Shown here piece after piece: positions 27,420 through 37,619 of a DNA stretch of 59,381 nt. The DNA is taken from the IMG/VR virus record IMGVR_UViG_3300042401_000753, positions 1-59,381 of that record; one strand, written 5' to 3'. The position numbers were made by a program, and so were the translations under genes. Source of the DNA: a virus (Duplodnaviria > Caudoviricetes). The notes beneath the pieces were generated by a model. The model was not told the origin of the DNA, did no database searches, and saw only the letters and a program-made list of their open reading frames with translations. Numbering within the stretch: the first letter of the stretch is position 1; each line of letters begins with the position of its first letter.

Positions 27420-27644
27420 ATGAAACAAATTAAAAGATGCTCTAATATTCTTTTCCTTGTATTATTTTCTACGTTAATTGTAGCCTGTGCAACTACAGCA
27501 ACAGGTATTGTATCACCTCCAATTACAGTTAAAGCAAAAGTCAAAGGCCAAGATATTGCAGTTACCGTCTACCCTGACGGAAGTAAGCCAACTGAAGTAA
27601 TCTTTGACAATCCTGAAGGTTTGGTCGTTAATCTTGGAAAGTAA
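27420..27644 (+). CDS. small lipoprotein
   Basis: Signal-like N-terminus with IVAC lipobox. Confidence 0.65.
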   Translation: MKQIKRCSNILFLVLFSTLIVACATTATGIVSPPITVKAKVKGQDIAVTVYPDGSKPTEVIFDNPEGLVVNLGK

Positions 27645-27665
27645 CCCCAAAACATATACACTAAA

Positions 27666-27696
27666 AGGAAGGGCGTTTTAATACAACGCCCTTCCT
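27666..27696. terminator. hairpin terminator
   Basis: AGGAAGGGCGTT ... AACGCCCTTCCT 12-bp stem. Confidence 0.65.
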
Positions 27697-27703
27697 CGTA
27701 ATT

Positions 27704-27847
27704 ATGAAAGCGTTACTTATACTTACTTTCTTTTTACAAGGGTGCACTAATATGCCTCCAGTCACTTTCTCATTTGGATATAACGGAGCAACGGCATCTG
27801 TTACAATTCACAATCAAGGCAAGCAGCCAGTAAAGATTCAGAAATAA
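27704..27847 (+). CDS. small lipoprotein, 47 aa (not in ORF track)
   Basis: MKALLILTFFLQGC lipobox. Confidence 0.6.
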   Translation: MKALLILTFFLQGCTNMPPVTFSFGYNGATASVTIHNQGKQPVKIQK

Positions 27848-27866
27848 ACTCAGTTAACTGAAACAC

Positions 27867-30185
27867 ATGAAACAACTTTTTCCAAATACCGACGACATCT
27901 ATGATCGTTACCTAGACCTTCGCAACAACGAGCCTTACAAGAAAAAGCGCGAAGAGTATCTGCGTAACTACAATCGTCAAGATTGGAAACGTAGCAAAGA
28001 TCAAAACTGTAAAAAGCGCGACGCTAACTTTGGACAATTTAAATCCAAAATGGATGCGGCAATGAACGTGTTCATTAACGTCCTTACTGAACGCAATAGC
28101 AATGTCAAGATTGTCCCACGATACGCACAAGCAGGAAAAGTAAAAACTGTCTCAGACAAAATTACTTCAGCATTTCACCGTCACTTTATTAAACCATGGG
28201 AAGATCGTTTCATGGATGAAGTGATGATTGCTTTTGACATGGTATTCTTTGGAAAAGGAATTGAGCATTGGCCGACAGCAGGTTGTGTCTATACAGAAAA
28301 CATTCCTGTTGAAAGAGTCTTTCCAGATTCCAACGCAGGAATGAATACAAAGAAATGGGCGTATGTATTTATTGAAAAAGACTTTACAGTTTCAGAACTG
28401 TATTCAATTATTGAAGATGACTCATCTGATTACGACTTTGATAAAACATACCTTGCTGAAATTCTTGAACAAGTAATTTCTTACTCAAGGACACAAAACG
28501 GAACAGAGTCTTCCAAAAATATCAGCGGAGATATTTCCTCTTCTACCCGTGATGAAGTTATTACTCTTGTCTACGCTTACGTAAAAGAAAACTTTAACAA
28601 AGAGAATAAAGTTTCTTTGTATGTATTCCCAGCAGAGCGTAAAGAGTGGAGAGGACAAGGAAGTAAACCTAAGCTCAAGTATCTTCTTGAGGAGACTGAG
28701 TATTGTGAATGCATCTCAAATGTTGTAGCCGTCAGGGCATACCAGATTACACGAAGCTATTGGAAGTTTAATTCTTTTGCTCAACAAATTTATCTTTCTA
28801 CAATGCTTTACGATAAAGCAATGTCGTTAGTAGTCCGTGCAGCAAAGCGCAATCTTATTCTTTACTTCAAGTCTGATAATCCAGATACTTCCAAGAAACT
28901 CCTTAACCAGACTGACGATGAAGTTCAGGTTGTTAATACAGGGGTAGAATACATGACTACCTCACAAAACAGCAACACTCAAGAGGTTGTTGAAGTAGTG
29001 AGGCAGATTATGATTGATACTGAGAACAATCAAAACATTGCTCAAGCTCCGGGATCACAGAATGTAAAGGGTTACGCAATCACAGCACAAGAAGCTCAAA
29101 TCCGCGCACAGAAATCAGGAGAAGCTGAATCTCTTAATGTTAAGATTCTTATGAATCTTGATCTTGTTCTTTATAAGGAGATTTACCGCCGGGCAATATC
29201 TATTGGAGCTTCTGAGAAACTTAAGAAATCTCTTAAAGCATTTAAAGAAGAGTTGGCAGGATACAATATTACAGAAGAGGAATACAGCATTGATAATCTT
29301 TACTTTGCTCCGTCATTCTTAAACGGCGGAAGCCAATCTACTAGGATTGGTAATGCTCAAGCAGTTCTGCAAGCTCTTATGCAAAGTCCTACGAGTCCGG
29401 GGCAAGAACAAGCTCAAAGAGATTTAGTTGCCGCGCTTGTTGGTGTAGATATGGTTGATGATTACATTGCAGAAAAAATGGGAGTTAATCCAATTATTTC
29501 CAAGGTTGGTTCCGAGAACGAAGACTTGGATAATCCAAATGTTAACCCTGGTAACATCCCAGTGCTGCCAGATGACAAGCATCTTGAAGAATTGCCATTC
29601 CATATTGACGATTACAACAAAAAGCTGACTACTGCTGGCAATATTATCAAGGTTGCCTTGCAAGTTCCTAATAAATTTCGTCAAATTATGCTTTTGCAGT
29701 CTGCTGCTGACCTAATTATGGGTCAAGACAACAAGGGCGGGCATATTCAGGCGCATATTCAAGCAGCTTCTAATTCTGAAGCCAATGCAGACGCTCTTAA
29801 GCCAATGATTGCTCAATTTATGCAGCTTCAGGCAGCACAAGACCAACTTACACAGCAAATTTCTCAGTTAAATGAGAAGATTGACCAAGGAATGCAAGAA
29901 AGCGACATTAATAATGAGGAGTTGCGTCATATGCAGAAAAAGAATCAGATAGTCGAGACACATCTTGAGACAATTAACAACATTAGCACTGCTAAGGACA
30001 TTGAAAAGAGGGCTTCCATGAATGAACAACGAAAAGAAAAGGCAGAAGCTAACACAGAGAAGACTATTACAGACCTTGCAACCCAACAAACAAAAGCACA
30101 GCAAGACATAGAAACAAAACAAAAACAAAATGAGCTTAAAATCCAACAACAAGCCGCCGCGAAGCCCGCAGGAACTTCAGGTTGA
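27867..30185 (+). CDS. portal protein (putative)
   Basis: 772 aa; first gene of the head cluster; ITAQEAQIR motif and Q-rich coiled-coil C-terminus typical of P22-like portals. Confidence 0.7.
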   Translation: MKQLFPNTDDIYDRYLDLRNNEPYKKKREEYLRNYNRQDWKRSKDQNCKKRDANFGQFKSKMDAAMNVFINVLTERNSNVKIVPRYAQAGKVKTVSDKITSAFHRHFIKPWEDRFMDEVMIAFDMVFFGKGIEHWPTAGCVYTENIPVERVFPDSNAGMNTKKWAYVFIEKDFTVSELYSIIEDDSSDYDFDKTYLAEILEQVISYSRTQNGTESSKNISGDISSSTRDEVITLVYAYVKENFNKENKVSLYVFPAERKEWRGQGSKPKLKYLLEETEYCECISNVVAVRAYQITRSYWKFNSFAQQIYLSTMLYDKAMSLVVRAAKRNLILYFKSDNPDTSKKLLNQTDDEVQVVNTGVEYMTTSQNSNTQEVVEVVRQIMIDTENNQNIAQAPGSQNVKGYAITAQEAQIRAQKSGEAESLNVKILMNLDLVLYKEIYRRAISIGASEKLKKSLKAFKEELAGYNITEEEYSIDNLYFAPSFLNGGSQSTRIGNAQAVLQALMQSPTSPGQEQAQRDLVAALVGVDMVDDYIAEKMGVNPIISKVGSENEDLDNPNVNPGNIPVLPDDKHLEELPFHIDDYNKKLTTAGNIIKVALQVPNKFRQIMLLQSAADLIMGQDNKGGHIQAHIQAASNSEANADALKPMIAQFMQLQAAQDQLTQQISQLNEKIDQGMQESDINNEELRHMQKKNQIVETHLETINNISTAKDIEKRASMNEQRKEKAEANTEKTITDLATQQTKAQQDIETKQKQNELKIQQQAAAKPAGTSG

Positions 30186-30441
30186 TATTGAAAATGCAGA
30201 AATGGTAGAGAAGTGGGTAAGGATGATAGAATCAGAGGAGTTTACAGTAGCAATTGAATATACTTTAAACCTGTTCAAATTAAGTCACCCTCCTGACACC
30301 AGTAATCCTCATTTACACGCTCACAACATATCTTCTGTCCTTGCTGCAATTAATTTTAAGCAAGCACTTATTGATAATGCTTACAACTTAAAGTATTCGA
30401 GTAACTCACAACAACAAGAGTCCTCAGACTTTATTGACTAA
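30130..30441 (+). CDS. hypothetical protein between portal and scaffold
   Basis: 103-aa ORF in a conserved podovirus position. Confidence 0.65.
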   Translation: MSLKSNNKPPRSPQELQVDIENAEMVEKWVRMIESEEFTVAIEYTLNLFKLSHPPDTSNPHLHAHNISSVLAAINFKQALIDNAYNLKYSSNSQQQESSDFID

Positions 30442-30460
30442 TCCCAACCTAACCAACAAA

Positions 30461-31837
30461 ATGAAATATAGACTCCATCAACAACGTATTGAAGCTCCAG
30501 CAGATGACAGCCAACGAAGCGGCAACGCAATTAAAATTGGAAGCCCATCCGCCGGACCAATCAATGACGAATCAGATGACGCCGGAGACAGCGGTGTTAG
30601 TAATCGTGATCTTGATGTTTTTAACGCTTATCACAAGCTCGACCAACGAACAGGAGAGCGAAGAGGATCAACCCTTGGCAAATTTGCAAACCAAGTTGAC
30701 GAAGAAGAGGAAGACGGCAAGGAAGACAGCAAAGAAGAAACCTTCAAGCAAGAAGATACCTTCAGCAAAGACGATACCAAAAAAGAACTGACAGACCAAG
30801 AGCTTCTTGATCTTGATGAGACAAAACTTGTAAATGCAAAAGGTCAGCAGGTTAGTTCTGCAACTTCTGCTACAATTAAAAAGTTTAAAGAGTCTCTTAC
30901 GAAAAAGACCGCGACTATTGCAGAGCTTGAAGAGAAACTAAAGGCTGGTCCTCAGTTAACTGAAGAATCTCCAGAGATTAAACTTATCAAAGAAGAAAAC
31001 GCGAAGCTCAAGAAACAGATCGACGATGAATACTTTGAAAAGTCGGATGCATTCAAACAAGCCTTCGTTGCTCCAGTTCAAGAATCGATTAATAAACTTA
31101 ATCAATACTTTACTCACCTTACTGAAGATGATGGCTCTGCCAAAGAACTAAACAGTCTATTTGCCAAAGCAGGCAAGGCAGCAAAAGCCGGAGACCGTGT
31201 AGGCTTTGCAAAGCTTCTTGATGAGATTGCAGAAGACCATGTAGATGGTGGAACTGCAATGAAGTCAGTCTTTGGTTCTGATATGCTTGAGTGGTTTAAA
31301 CTTACACAAGCTCACGAAAAAGCATTCAGTGATAAAAACGAAGATCGTAAAAAGATTGTAACACGCACACTTGCAGAGCAACGCAGAAGCAATGTCTCTT
31401 CTATTGATCGTGACATCCAAGACAGCGTTTCTCAGTTTGAGTTTTCCAAGAAAGCAGTCCTTGATGGACTTGAAGGAGAAGAAAAAGAAAACTACACAAA
31501 GCTTTACAAGGACCGCTTTAATAAAGTCACTGAATCCATTGGAGAGTTCTCTATTACTGGTAAAGTAAACAAAGACCTGACCGATGTAATTAATGATGGA
31601 GTTATTGCTCCAGCACTTAAGCATGAGCTTAACATTGCATGGGCTGGATTTAAAGACTCAATGAATAAAGTCTCAATGCTTGAGAAAGAACTGGCAGAAG
31701 TAAAAGCCAGGCTTGGAAAAGTAAGCCGTGAACCCGGAGAAAGAATTGGAGCAAGGTATACAAATACTACTTCATCAAAGCCAACAGAAAAACCTCGCAG
31801 TCGCATCTTTGCAGCATTAAGTGGGGCGGAGGATTGA
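30461..31837 (+). CDS. capsid scaffolding protein (putative)
   Basis: Acidic, helical/coiled-coil protein immediately upstream of the capsid gene. Confidence 0.65.
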   Translation: MKYRLHQQRIEAPADDSQRSGNAIKIGSPSAGPINDESDDAGDSGVSNRDLDVFNAYHKLDQRTGERRGSTLGKFANQVDEEEEDGKEDSKEETFKQEDTFSKDDTKKELTDQELLDLDETKLVNAKGQQVSSATSATIKKFKESLTKKTATIAELEEKLKAGPQLTEESPEIKLIKEENAKLKKQIDDEYFEKSDAFKQAFVAPVQESINKLNQYFTHLTEDDGSAKELNSLFAKAGKAAKAGDRVGFAKLLDEIAEDHVDGGTAMKSVFGSDMLEWFKLTQAHEKAFSDKNEDRKKIVTRTLAEQRRSNVSSIDRDIQDSVSQFEFSKKAVLDGLEGEEKENYTKLYKDRFNKVTESIGEFSITGKVNKDLTDVINDGVIAPALKHELNIAWAGFKDSMNKVSMLEKELAEVKARLGKVSREPGERIGARYTNTTSSKPTEKPRSRIFAALSGAED

Positions 31838-32011
31838 TTTCTAACCCCTGAATTGGTAATATTAATTATCTTTCAAATATGCGGTTGGCCCGCTAAGGCC
31901 AAAAGACTTCAATTAAGAAGCGCAAGACTAATAGGGTATCTCAGTTAACTGAGGTTTGCTTGCCACCCAAATCAAGCGAATCACAAATTAACTTAGATAC
32001 CCTATTATATT

Positions 32012-33541
32012 ATGTCCTGTAAAGCATACGATACCGCTTTCCGCTCTGCGGAACAGCAAATCTCCGAAGACATCGTGGAGAAAAAATTCAAACTCGGAAT
32101 CAATGCCTATTGGGGCCGAGTTCGTGATGAGGGGATGTTTCCTCTCAAGTCCGGCACCAGCATCAAGAAAATCCGCCTGAGCCGTATTGGTTTTGGTTCG
32201 ATGCAGACCGGCTGGCGCAAGGTTGAAGACAACGGTTGCTTTAGCAACATTTGTTCTGAGCCAGATGCAGAAGTCATCAGCCATGGAAGCGAAGACAGCT
32301 TCTATAGCCTTGAAACCTTTAAGGTTGCAACGGATGACATTTGCTTGGCCATGCTGCCATTCCGTCAGATGGCTGAGAAGGAACTGTCTCACTTTGAGGA
32401 CCACCTCAAGATGATGAGCCAATACTTCTGGAACGAGTATCTCCGTTCCCGCTATATCCATACCTGTGAAAACAAGTATGTTGCCATGGTTAGCGATGCT
32501 GCCCTTGGTGGTTCTGTCGGTGATGTCTGCGATACCTTGGAACGCTCCTGCGCTCCTTACATCGAAGATACCGATGGCTTCATCTTCTGGAATCGCGGTG
32601 CAACCGGCCCAGTCCTCAACAGCGCTCTCCCTATCGACGAGCGTTATGTCTCCGTTAAAGTTCCAGCAGCCGACATCCGTCGTATCTCTGAACTGTCTGG
32701 TGACTTGCTTGAACACGCCGGTATCCAGCTTGAATTGGAAGACGACAATATGCCATTGCTTGACCAAGGCATCTCGCTTCTTGATGTCATTGTTCCAGAC
32801 ATTAAAGTTGCTCGTCGCCTTACCCAACTTGAGCGCGTTCAGGAATCTGAATGTCTCCCTAGCGTGATGTATGCTGGTAAAGACCTTGGTCGTAACCTTG
32901 GTATCAAGCGCATCATCCGTGAGCAGTTCGGTATCCGCCGCGACTTGCACGGGATGAAGTTCTATCCTGATAATGCATACAACTCCGGTCTTGATCCATT
33001 TGACGCTACCGCTCCAGCTACCTGGCCTCGCTTTGTTCGCGTTCTTGCTTATGTCCCAGTTCGTAACCCGAACGGAACAATGAAGTATGCTCCGAACAAG
33101 TTCTTCACCAGCGCTCCGTTTGGTATCAGCGTTATCTTCACTCCTACTGTGATGGGTATGCGCCACCACCCTGAAGCTCAGGGCTACGGCAGTGCCAAAC
33201 CTGGCGATACTGCTCGTAACTACGCAGGCACCGCAACTTGGGTGAACGAATACGATAAGAAGTGCAATCCTAAACGTGAGATCGGTCACTGGGAACTGCA
33301 CTTTGGTGCTGGCATCGAGCCTGACCGTCCAGAAAACGGCAACGCCTTCTTCCACCGGATTGACCACGCCATCAGCCTGTCTGCTGTGCGTTGCCCAATT
33401 CCTCTACAAGGATGCGATGACGGCGGAATTACCAACTACTGCTACGCCAGCATCCAAGCCGGTGAAGCCGCACTTGGATACACCGTTGGTGAGCGTGGAG
33501 CTAACCTCGTTAGCCGTGATAACGTGAAGTTCTTCATGTAA
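32012..33541 (+). CDS. major capsid protein (putative)
   Basis: 509 aa; strongly biased codon use; follows the scaffold after an intergenic regulatory gap. Confidence 0.75.
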   Translation: MSCKAYDTAFRSAEQQISEDIVEKKFKLGINAYWGRVRDEGMFPLKSGTSIKKIRLSRIGFGSMQTGWRKVEDNGCFSNICSEPDAEVISHGSEDSFYSLETFKVATDDICLAMLPFRQMAEKELSHFEDHLKMMSQYFWNEYLRSRYIHTCENKYVAMVSDAALGGSVGDVCDTLERSCAPYIEDTDGFIFWNRGATGPVLNSALPIDERYVSVKVPAADIRRISELSGDLLEHAGIQLELEDDNMPLLDQGISLLDVIVPDIKVARRLTQLERVQESECLPSVMYAGKDLGRNLGIKRIIREQFGIRRDLHGMKFYPDNAYNSGLDPFDATAPATWPRFVRVLAYVPVRNPNGTMKYAPNKFFTSAPFGISVIFTPTVMGMRHHPEAQGYGSAKPGDTARNYAGTATWVNEYDKKCNPKREIGHWELHFGAGIEPDRPENGNAFFHRIDHAISLSAVRCPIPLQGCDDGGITNYCYASIQAGEAALGYTVGERGANLVSRDNVKFFM

Positions 33542-33589
33542 TCCCGGAAAGCTCAGTTAACTGAAATAAACTTAAAATAGAAAAATAAA

Positions 33590-34171
33590 ATGAAAGAAGG
33601 ATGCAAATTCACACTCCCGGTCTACAAAGACCAAACCTCGGCTCCTAATTACGGCATCCTTGCCGCAATTGGAGATACCGTTACATTGGTTATCGCCAAT
33701 GATGACGGTGTTGAAACAACCCGTGACGTTGTTCTTACGGGCGTAGGTAATCGTGGACGAGAGATCTTTTGGGATACCTCTACCACCAACAACCTACGCA
33801 CTGAAGACGTTGTTCGCGTTGGCGCAGAGCATCAGTATAACTGCCCCGGTCCTCAGACTTGGACAGTTACCCTGACTGAACTTAACGGTTCTACTGTTGC
33901 TGCCAAGGTTGTTACCCTTAGCCTTAACGGAGTTCCTTACAACATCAATGTAACGGAAGCCGCTATCGGCAATGGTATCACGGCTACGTTCATTACCGAA
34001 CTGGTTGCTACTATTAACTCGTTGATTGCTGGTATCGGCACTGCTTCTGCTGTGCTTACCGGCACTGCTGGTAGCCAAGTCTTGACACTGCGATTCACTG
34101 GAATCCTGCAACGTCCAAACGGTATCTCTGTTGCTGGCTTGACCGCAGGAACGTTTACCTTGGCTGTTTAA
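33590..34171 (+). CDS. virion structural/decoration protein (putative)
   Basis: T/G/V-rich; similar codon bias to the capsid gene; directly downstream of it. Confidence 0.65.
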   Translation: MKEGCKFTLPVYKDQTSAPNYGILAAIGDTVTLVIANDDGVETTRDVVLTGVGNRGREIFWDTSTTNNLRTEDVVRVGAEHQYNCPGPQTWTVTLTELNGSTVAAKVVTLSLNGVPYNINVTEAAIGNGITATFITELVATINSLIAGIGTASAVLTGTAGSQVLTLRFTGILQRPNGISVAGLTAGTFTLAV

Positions 34172-34226
34172 TAAAAATTCGTTATCACTTAATTGATTGT
34201 TGGCAATTAAGTGGATTCCCACAAAG

Positions 34227-34250
34227 CGGGCGGATGATATGGGCCGCCCG
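34227..34250 (+). terminator. terminator-like hairpin after the capsid operon
   Basis: CGGGCGG...CCGCCCG stem followed by a T-rich tract. Confidence 0.55.
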
Positions 34251-34268
34251 AACAATTCTTTTTAAGAT

Positions 34269-34556
34269 ATGAGCTTACAATTCCTTAAATTCGTTTCCAG
34301 TCAATTTGGACGCGCTTCAATGCTTTCTAAGTTCTCCCTTATCTTTAACGCCATCCTTTGTTATGCGGTAATAATTCTTAATCAACGCGAAGAGAAATTA
34401 AGAAACGAAATAATCAGAGTTCATTTAATGAGGTATGAAGATACTCAAATCCTCCTTGAGAAAATGAACATTATCAAATCAAGCATTAGAACAAACTCAA
34501 TTACCATAAAGGATATTGATAGTGCAGTAAGTGAAATAAAAGGACAAAAACAATGA
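34269..34556 (+). CDS. holin-like membrane protein (putative)
   Basis: Single hydrophobic segment; coupled to the endolysin gene. Confidence 0.5.
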   Translation: MSLQFLKFVSSQFGRASMLSKFSLIFNAILCYAVIILNQREEKLRNEIIRVHLMRYEDTQILLEKMNIIKSSIRTNSITIKDIDSAVSEIKGQKQ

Positions 34557-35098
34557 GCTTACAAGTAATTGCTGGATTTCAAGCCGTGATGGCAAGTAAG
34601 GGAATTTACCGTGGAGATGTTGACGGCAAGTTTGGTCCTATTACCTTTGCTGCATCTCAGCAATACTTTTGCACTAATGGGGATGTTCCTCCATGGATGA
34701 GCTTTGCAGGACAAGAGATTGGTGTATCTGAAATTTATGGCAACCGACACAATCCACGCATCCTTCATTACCATTCCTATACAGGACTCGGAGCGCAAAC
34801 TGATGAAGTCGCTTGGTGTGCATCATTTGTTAATTGCTGCCTACTTGAGGGAGCAGGAATTAAAGGAACAGCATCAGCATCCGCAGCCTCCTTTAAAAAA
34901 TACGGTAAGCCAATTGATCCAAAAACATACGGAGCAATTGGATTAGTAAAAACAAACACAGGTTCACTCCGTCATGTTTTCTTTTGTGCAGGTTCTTACA
35001 ATGGACACATTTTCTGCATTGGAGGAAACCAATCAAATAAAGTTTCTGTTGTAGCAAATCCAATTGGATTAATTACAGAATCGCGTTTTCCAAAATAA
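34553..35098 (+). CDS. endolysin, TIGR02594-like NlpC/P60 family with a peptidoglycan-binding N-terminus
   Basis: VDGKFGPIT binding motif; PPWM...EIGVSE...NPRILHYH...DEVAWCASFVN...HVFF...GGNQSNKV. Confidence 0.85.
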   Translation: MSLQVIAGFQAVMASKGIYRGDVDGKFGPITFAASQQYFCTNGDVPPWMSFAGQEIGVSEIYGNRHNPRILHYHSYTGLGAQTDEVAWCASFVNCCLLEGAGIKGTASASAASFKKYGKPIDPKTYGAIGLVKTNTGSLRHVFFCAGSYNGHIFCIGGNQSNKVSVVANPIGLITESRFPK

Positions 35099-35120
35099 TA
35101 TCAGTTAACTGAAAAACATT

Positions 35121-36350
35121 ATGCCTACTCTATGTGACTCACAAACCCTTTGCGAAAGAGTTAGCTGTCAGGGTGCTGACATTGACAAACTCTGGGATAA
35201 AGTATTCGGAACTTCTGAAAGAGTATTTATTGCCACAGGAAACATCGGCATTCCTTCTTCGTATGACTCTGTAAACAATACGACTAGATACGCTTTTGAT
35301 ACCGTTGACTACACTCGCGGTGCAGCGCTTCTTAGTTCAATTCCATCAAACGGAATGTTCCTTGTAGGAGGATTGGATTACGACCGCATTAATACTAATA
35401 ACTTTGATTCTGGCACAGGTCTTAATATTCTACCATCAGGAACATACAGTCCTACAAAACAAGAATCAAAAATCATCTCAGGATTCTCAGCTGCCTTTGC
35501 AGAAAAGCGGCTTTATCCAGTATTGGGTGAATACGATTTCTGGCCAGCGACAGGATGGGCCTTTTCTCCAGAGGGAGACATTACAGCAAAGATGGGAAGG
35601 ACCATGCTGCATATGTTTAACTACCTTACTGACGCAAAGCGTTATTACTCAGTTTATGACGATGAGTCTAATACTGAGTTTTTTGTTCTTTCTAGCGGAG
35701 GATACTCTGATTACTTTGCTACTGTCCCTAAAGGATTTATCTATCCAAACGATACTTTGATTGGCGGAGAACAGCATACTTGGTTTACTCAGAAGTGTTC
35801 ATCCTCTCCAGCAAAGAACAAGGTAGTTATTTTTGCCTGTCCTTTTGTTTCTCCTGTAAATACATTTAATGGAGTTACATCAAACGCACTAGGTAACGCC
35901 AGTGTGTTTTCAGGATTTGCTCTTTGGGACTTTACCGGACTTGGAGTTAAGCTTATTATTAACGGACACTCTGGTAACTCATTTCATCTTCGTAGAGGGT
36001 CAATGAATATTGTTAATGCATCCGCATTCTCTCGTAGTCGTTTTGGTTTGATTCAAAGCGGTGCTGGAGAAGATCCTCCTTACGCTCCAGCTAATTATGG
36101 ACAAGCCGGATGGATTTTTGATTACTTCTCTTATCGTCCAGTCGGCTTTGCTGCTGACGGTGTAACCATTCCAGATGTCGGTTATACAATTGATGATTTC
36201 CTTATTCCTCGCAATGAGTTCTTTAAGATGACCTGCACTAAAGAAGGAATTAATTGTGAGTTCATTTCTTATAACCCAGCACTTGCAGAGTTTAACAATG
36301 TGATCGACTCTATGAATGTTGAGCATTCGTTCTACGTTACTTCAAACTAA
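35121..36350 (+). CDS. calcineurin-like metallophosphoesterase-fold protein with degenerate metal ligands
   Basis: Ordered motifs FIATGNIG, LVGGLDY, PVLGEYD, RYYSV, EQHTWF, VIFACP, INGHSG. Confidence 0.6.
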   Translation: MPTLCDSQTLCERVSCQGADIDKLWDKVFGTSERVFIATGNIGIPSSYDSVNNTTRYAFDTVDYTRGAALLSSIPSNGMFLVGGLDYDRINTNNFDSGTGLNILPSGTYSPTKQESKIISGFSAAFAEKRLYPVLGEYDFWPATGWAFSPEGDITAKMGRTMLHMFNYLTDAKRYYSVYDDESNTEFFVLSSGGYSDYFATVPKGFIYPNDTLIGGEQHTWFTQKCSSSPAKNKVVIFACPFVSPVNTFNGVTSNALGNASVFSGFALWDFTGLGVKLIINGHSGNSFHLRRGSMNIVNASAFSRSRFGLIQSGAGEDPPYAPANYGQAGWIFDYFSYRPVGFAADGVTIPDVGYTIDDFLIPRNEFFKMTCTKEGINCEFISYNPALAEFNNVIDSMNVEHSFYVTSN

Positions 36351-36357
36351 TATTTTT

Positions 36358-36912
36358 ATGATTCCAGAAAGACAATGTGTTCCAGTTGATTGCCAAGGCC
36401 AAGTAAAAGAAGGCACAAACATCTCTGTGTTTAAAGCCGGTGCTGATTGTCAGTATCAGCTTACCGGAAAGATGCGCGTTCGTGGAGGAGCGATACCAGT
36501 TCAGTTAACTGAGAATAAAGTAGAACTCCGTGACGGATCAGTTGATTATCCAATCGTTCTTCCTAATCTGCAAAAGTCCAATGCAGCATTTGTTGCAGAA
36601 ATCCTTATCCGCCTTCCTGACGGAACTATCGCAGCATGGGACTTGGGTAACTTCCTTGGAGAAAAGAAACTTACCCTTGTTGACGGACAAGCAACATTCA
36701 ATAACGATTACTCCTCTCATTTGTTTTCTGGAGAAATCTGCGAAGAAGATTGCAGTGGAGTTGAGTCTGCTCTTGGAGTTAAGCGTATTGTTAAAGTGTG
36801 CGTAGGCCAGCCTGATACTATTATGTATCAAATTTGCCGCATTCCAGTTGGATGTAGCACAGACGAAGCAGCGCAAACCTGTGATCCATTAACTTCCATT
36901 TCAGGACAATGA
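36358..36912 (+). CDS. Cys-rich structural protein (putative)
   Basis: Likely start MIPERQC at 36358; lies in the virion module. Confidence 0.7.
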   Translation: MIPERQCVPVDCQGQVKEGTNISVFKAGADCQYQLTGKMRVRGGAIPVQLTENKVELRDGSVDYPIVLPNLQKSNAAFVAEILIRLPDGTIAAWDLGNFLGEKKLTLVDGQATFNNDYSSHLFSGEICEEDCSGVESALGVKRIVKVCVGQPDTIMYQICRIPVGCSTDEAAQTCDPLTSISGQ

Positions 36913-37619
36913 TTGGAGTAACCATCAGAAGCGGGCATACCTTTAACAAGCTTTCTGACGAGGCTGTTGAAAGGTTTAAGCATTACACAGGAATAGATCG
37001 AGTTGTAATTTTTGACACTGACAAGAATCCATACCTGTTAAAGCTTCGCCTCCATACTTATTTTAAACAAACATTTGTTTACTTTGATTCTGACCTTTGG
37101 TTTACAAATCCATGCAGCTTAATTGATTTTAATAACTCAAAATCATTTTACGCAGTTAAGGACATAGGAAGAAATAACAATGTTGATTTTCCAAAGTATG
37201 ATTCATACTGGAACGGGATTGATAACAAAGCTTATTTCAATACTGGTTTTTTTATAGCAAACGGAAATGATAAACTTCAATGCGATGCCTTTGAATATTC
37301 TTGGGGACTGCATGATAAAATTATTGTAAGAGACTTTGGAGAGCAGACGTTTCTAAATATTGGAATCCAAAGGTTTAAAGTCCCAACAACATTCCTGCAT
37401 CAAGATTTTAATTATCCTATTATCTGCGAAGAGTTTGAAATGACTCATAAAGAATATACCTTTAGTGAACGTCCTAAAGCAATTCATGCATTAGGATACA
37501 AAGGAGAAGAAAAAATTAATCAACTTAATAAATACTCAATAATTAAAAGCTATGAATCATTGCCAATGTCAAACCTGTCTTCCAACGTGCGGTCATCCTT
37601 CACCAGCATCTTGCCCTGA
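36909..37619 (+). CDS. glycosyltransferase family 8-like
   Basis: VYFDSD (DxD), YFNTGFF, EQTFLN, AIHALG motifs. Confidence 0.8.
   Translation: MIGVTIRSGHTFNKLSDEAVERFKHYTGIDRVVIFDTDKNPYLLKLRLHTYFKQTFVYFDSDLWFTNPCSLIDFNNSKSFYAVKDIGRNNNVDFPKYDSYWNGIDNKAYFNTGFFIANGNDKLQCDAFEYSWGLHDKIIVRDFGEQTFLNIGIQRFKVPTTFLHQDFNYPIICEEFEMTHKEYTFSERPKAIHALGYKGEEKINQLNKYSIIKSYESLPMSNLSSNVRSSFTSILP

Noticed and set aside
31988-33367. 459-aa antisense ORF opposite the capsid gene (also 458..940, 910..1533, 46629..47204 and similar)
   Set aside because: Shadow ORFs expected from biased codon use or low-complexity sense genes; no protein-like motifs.
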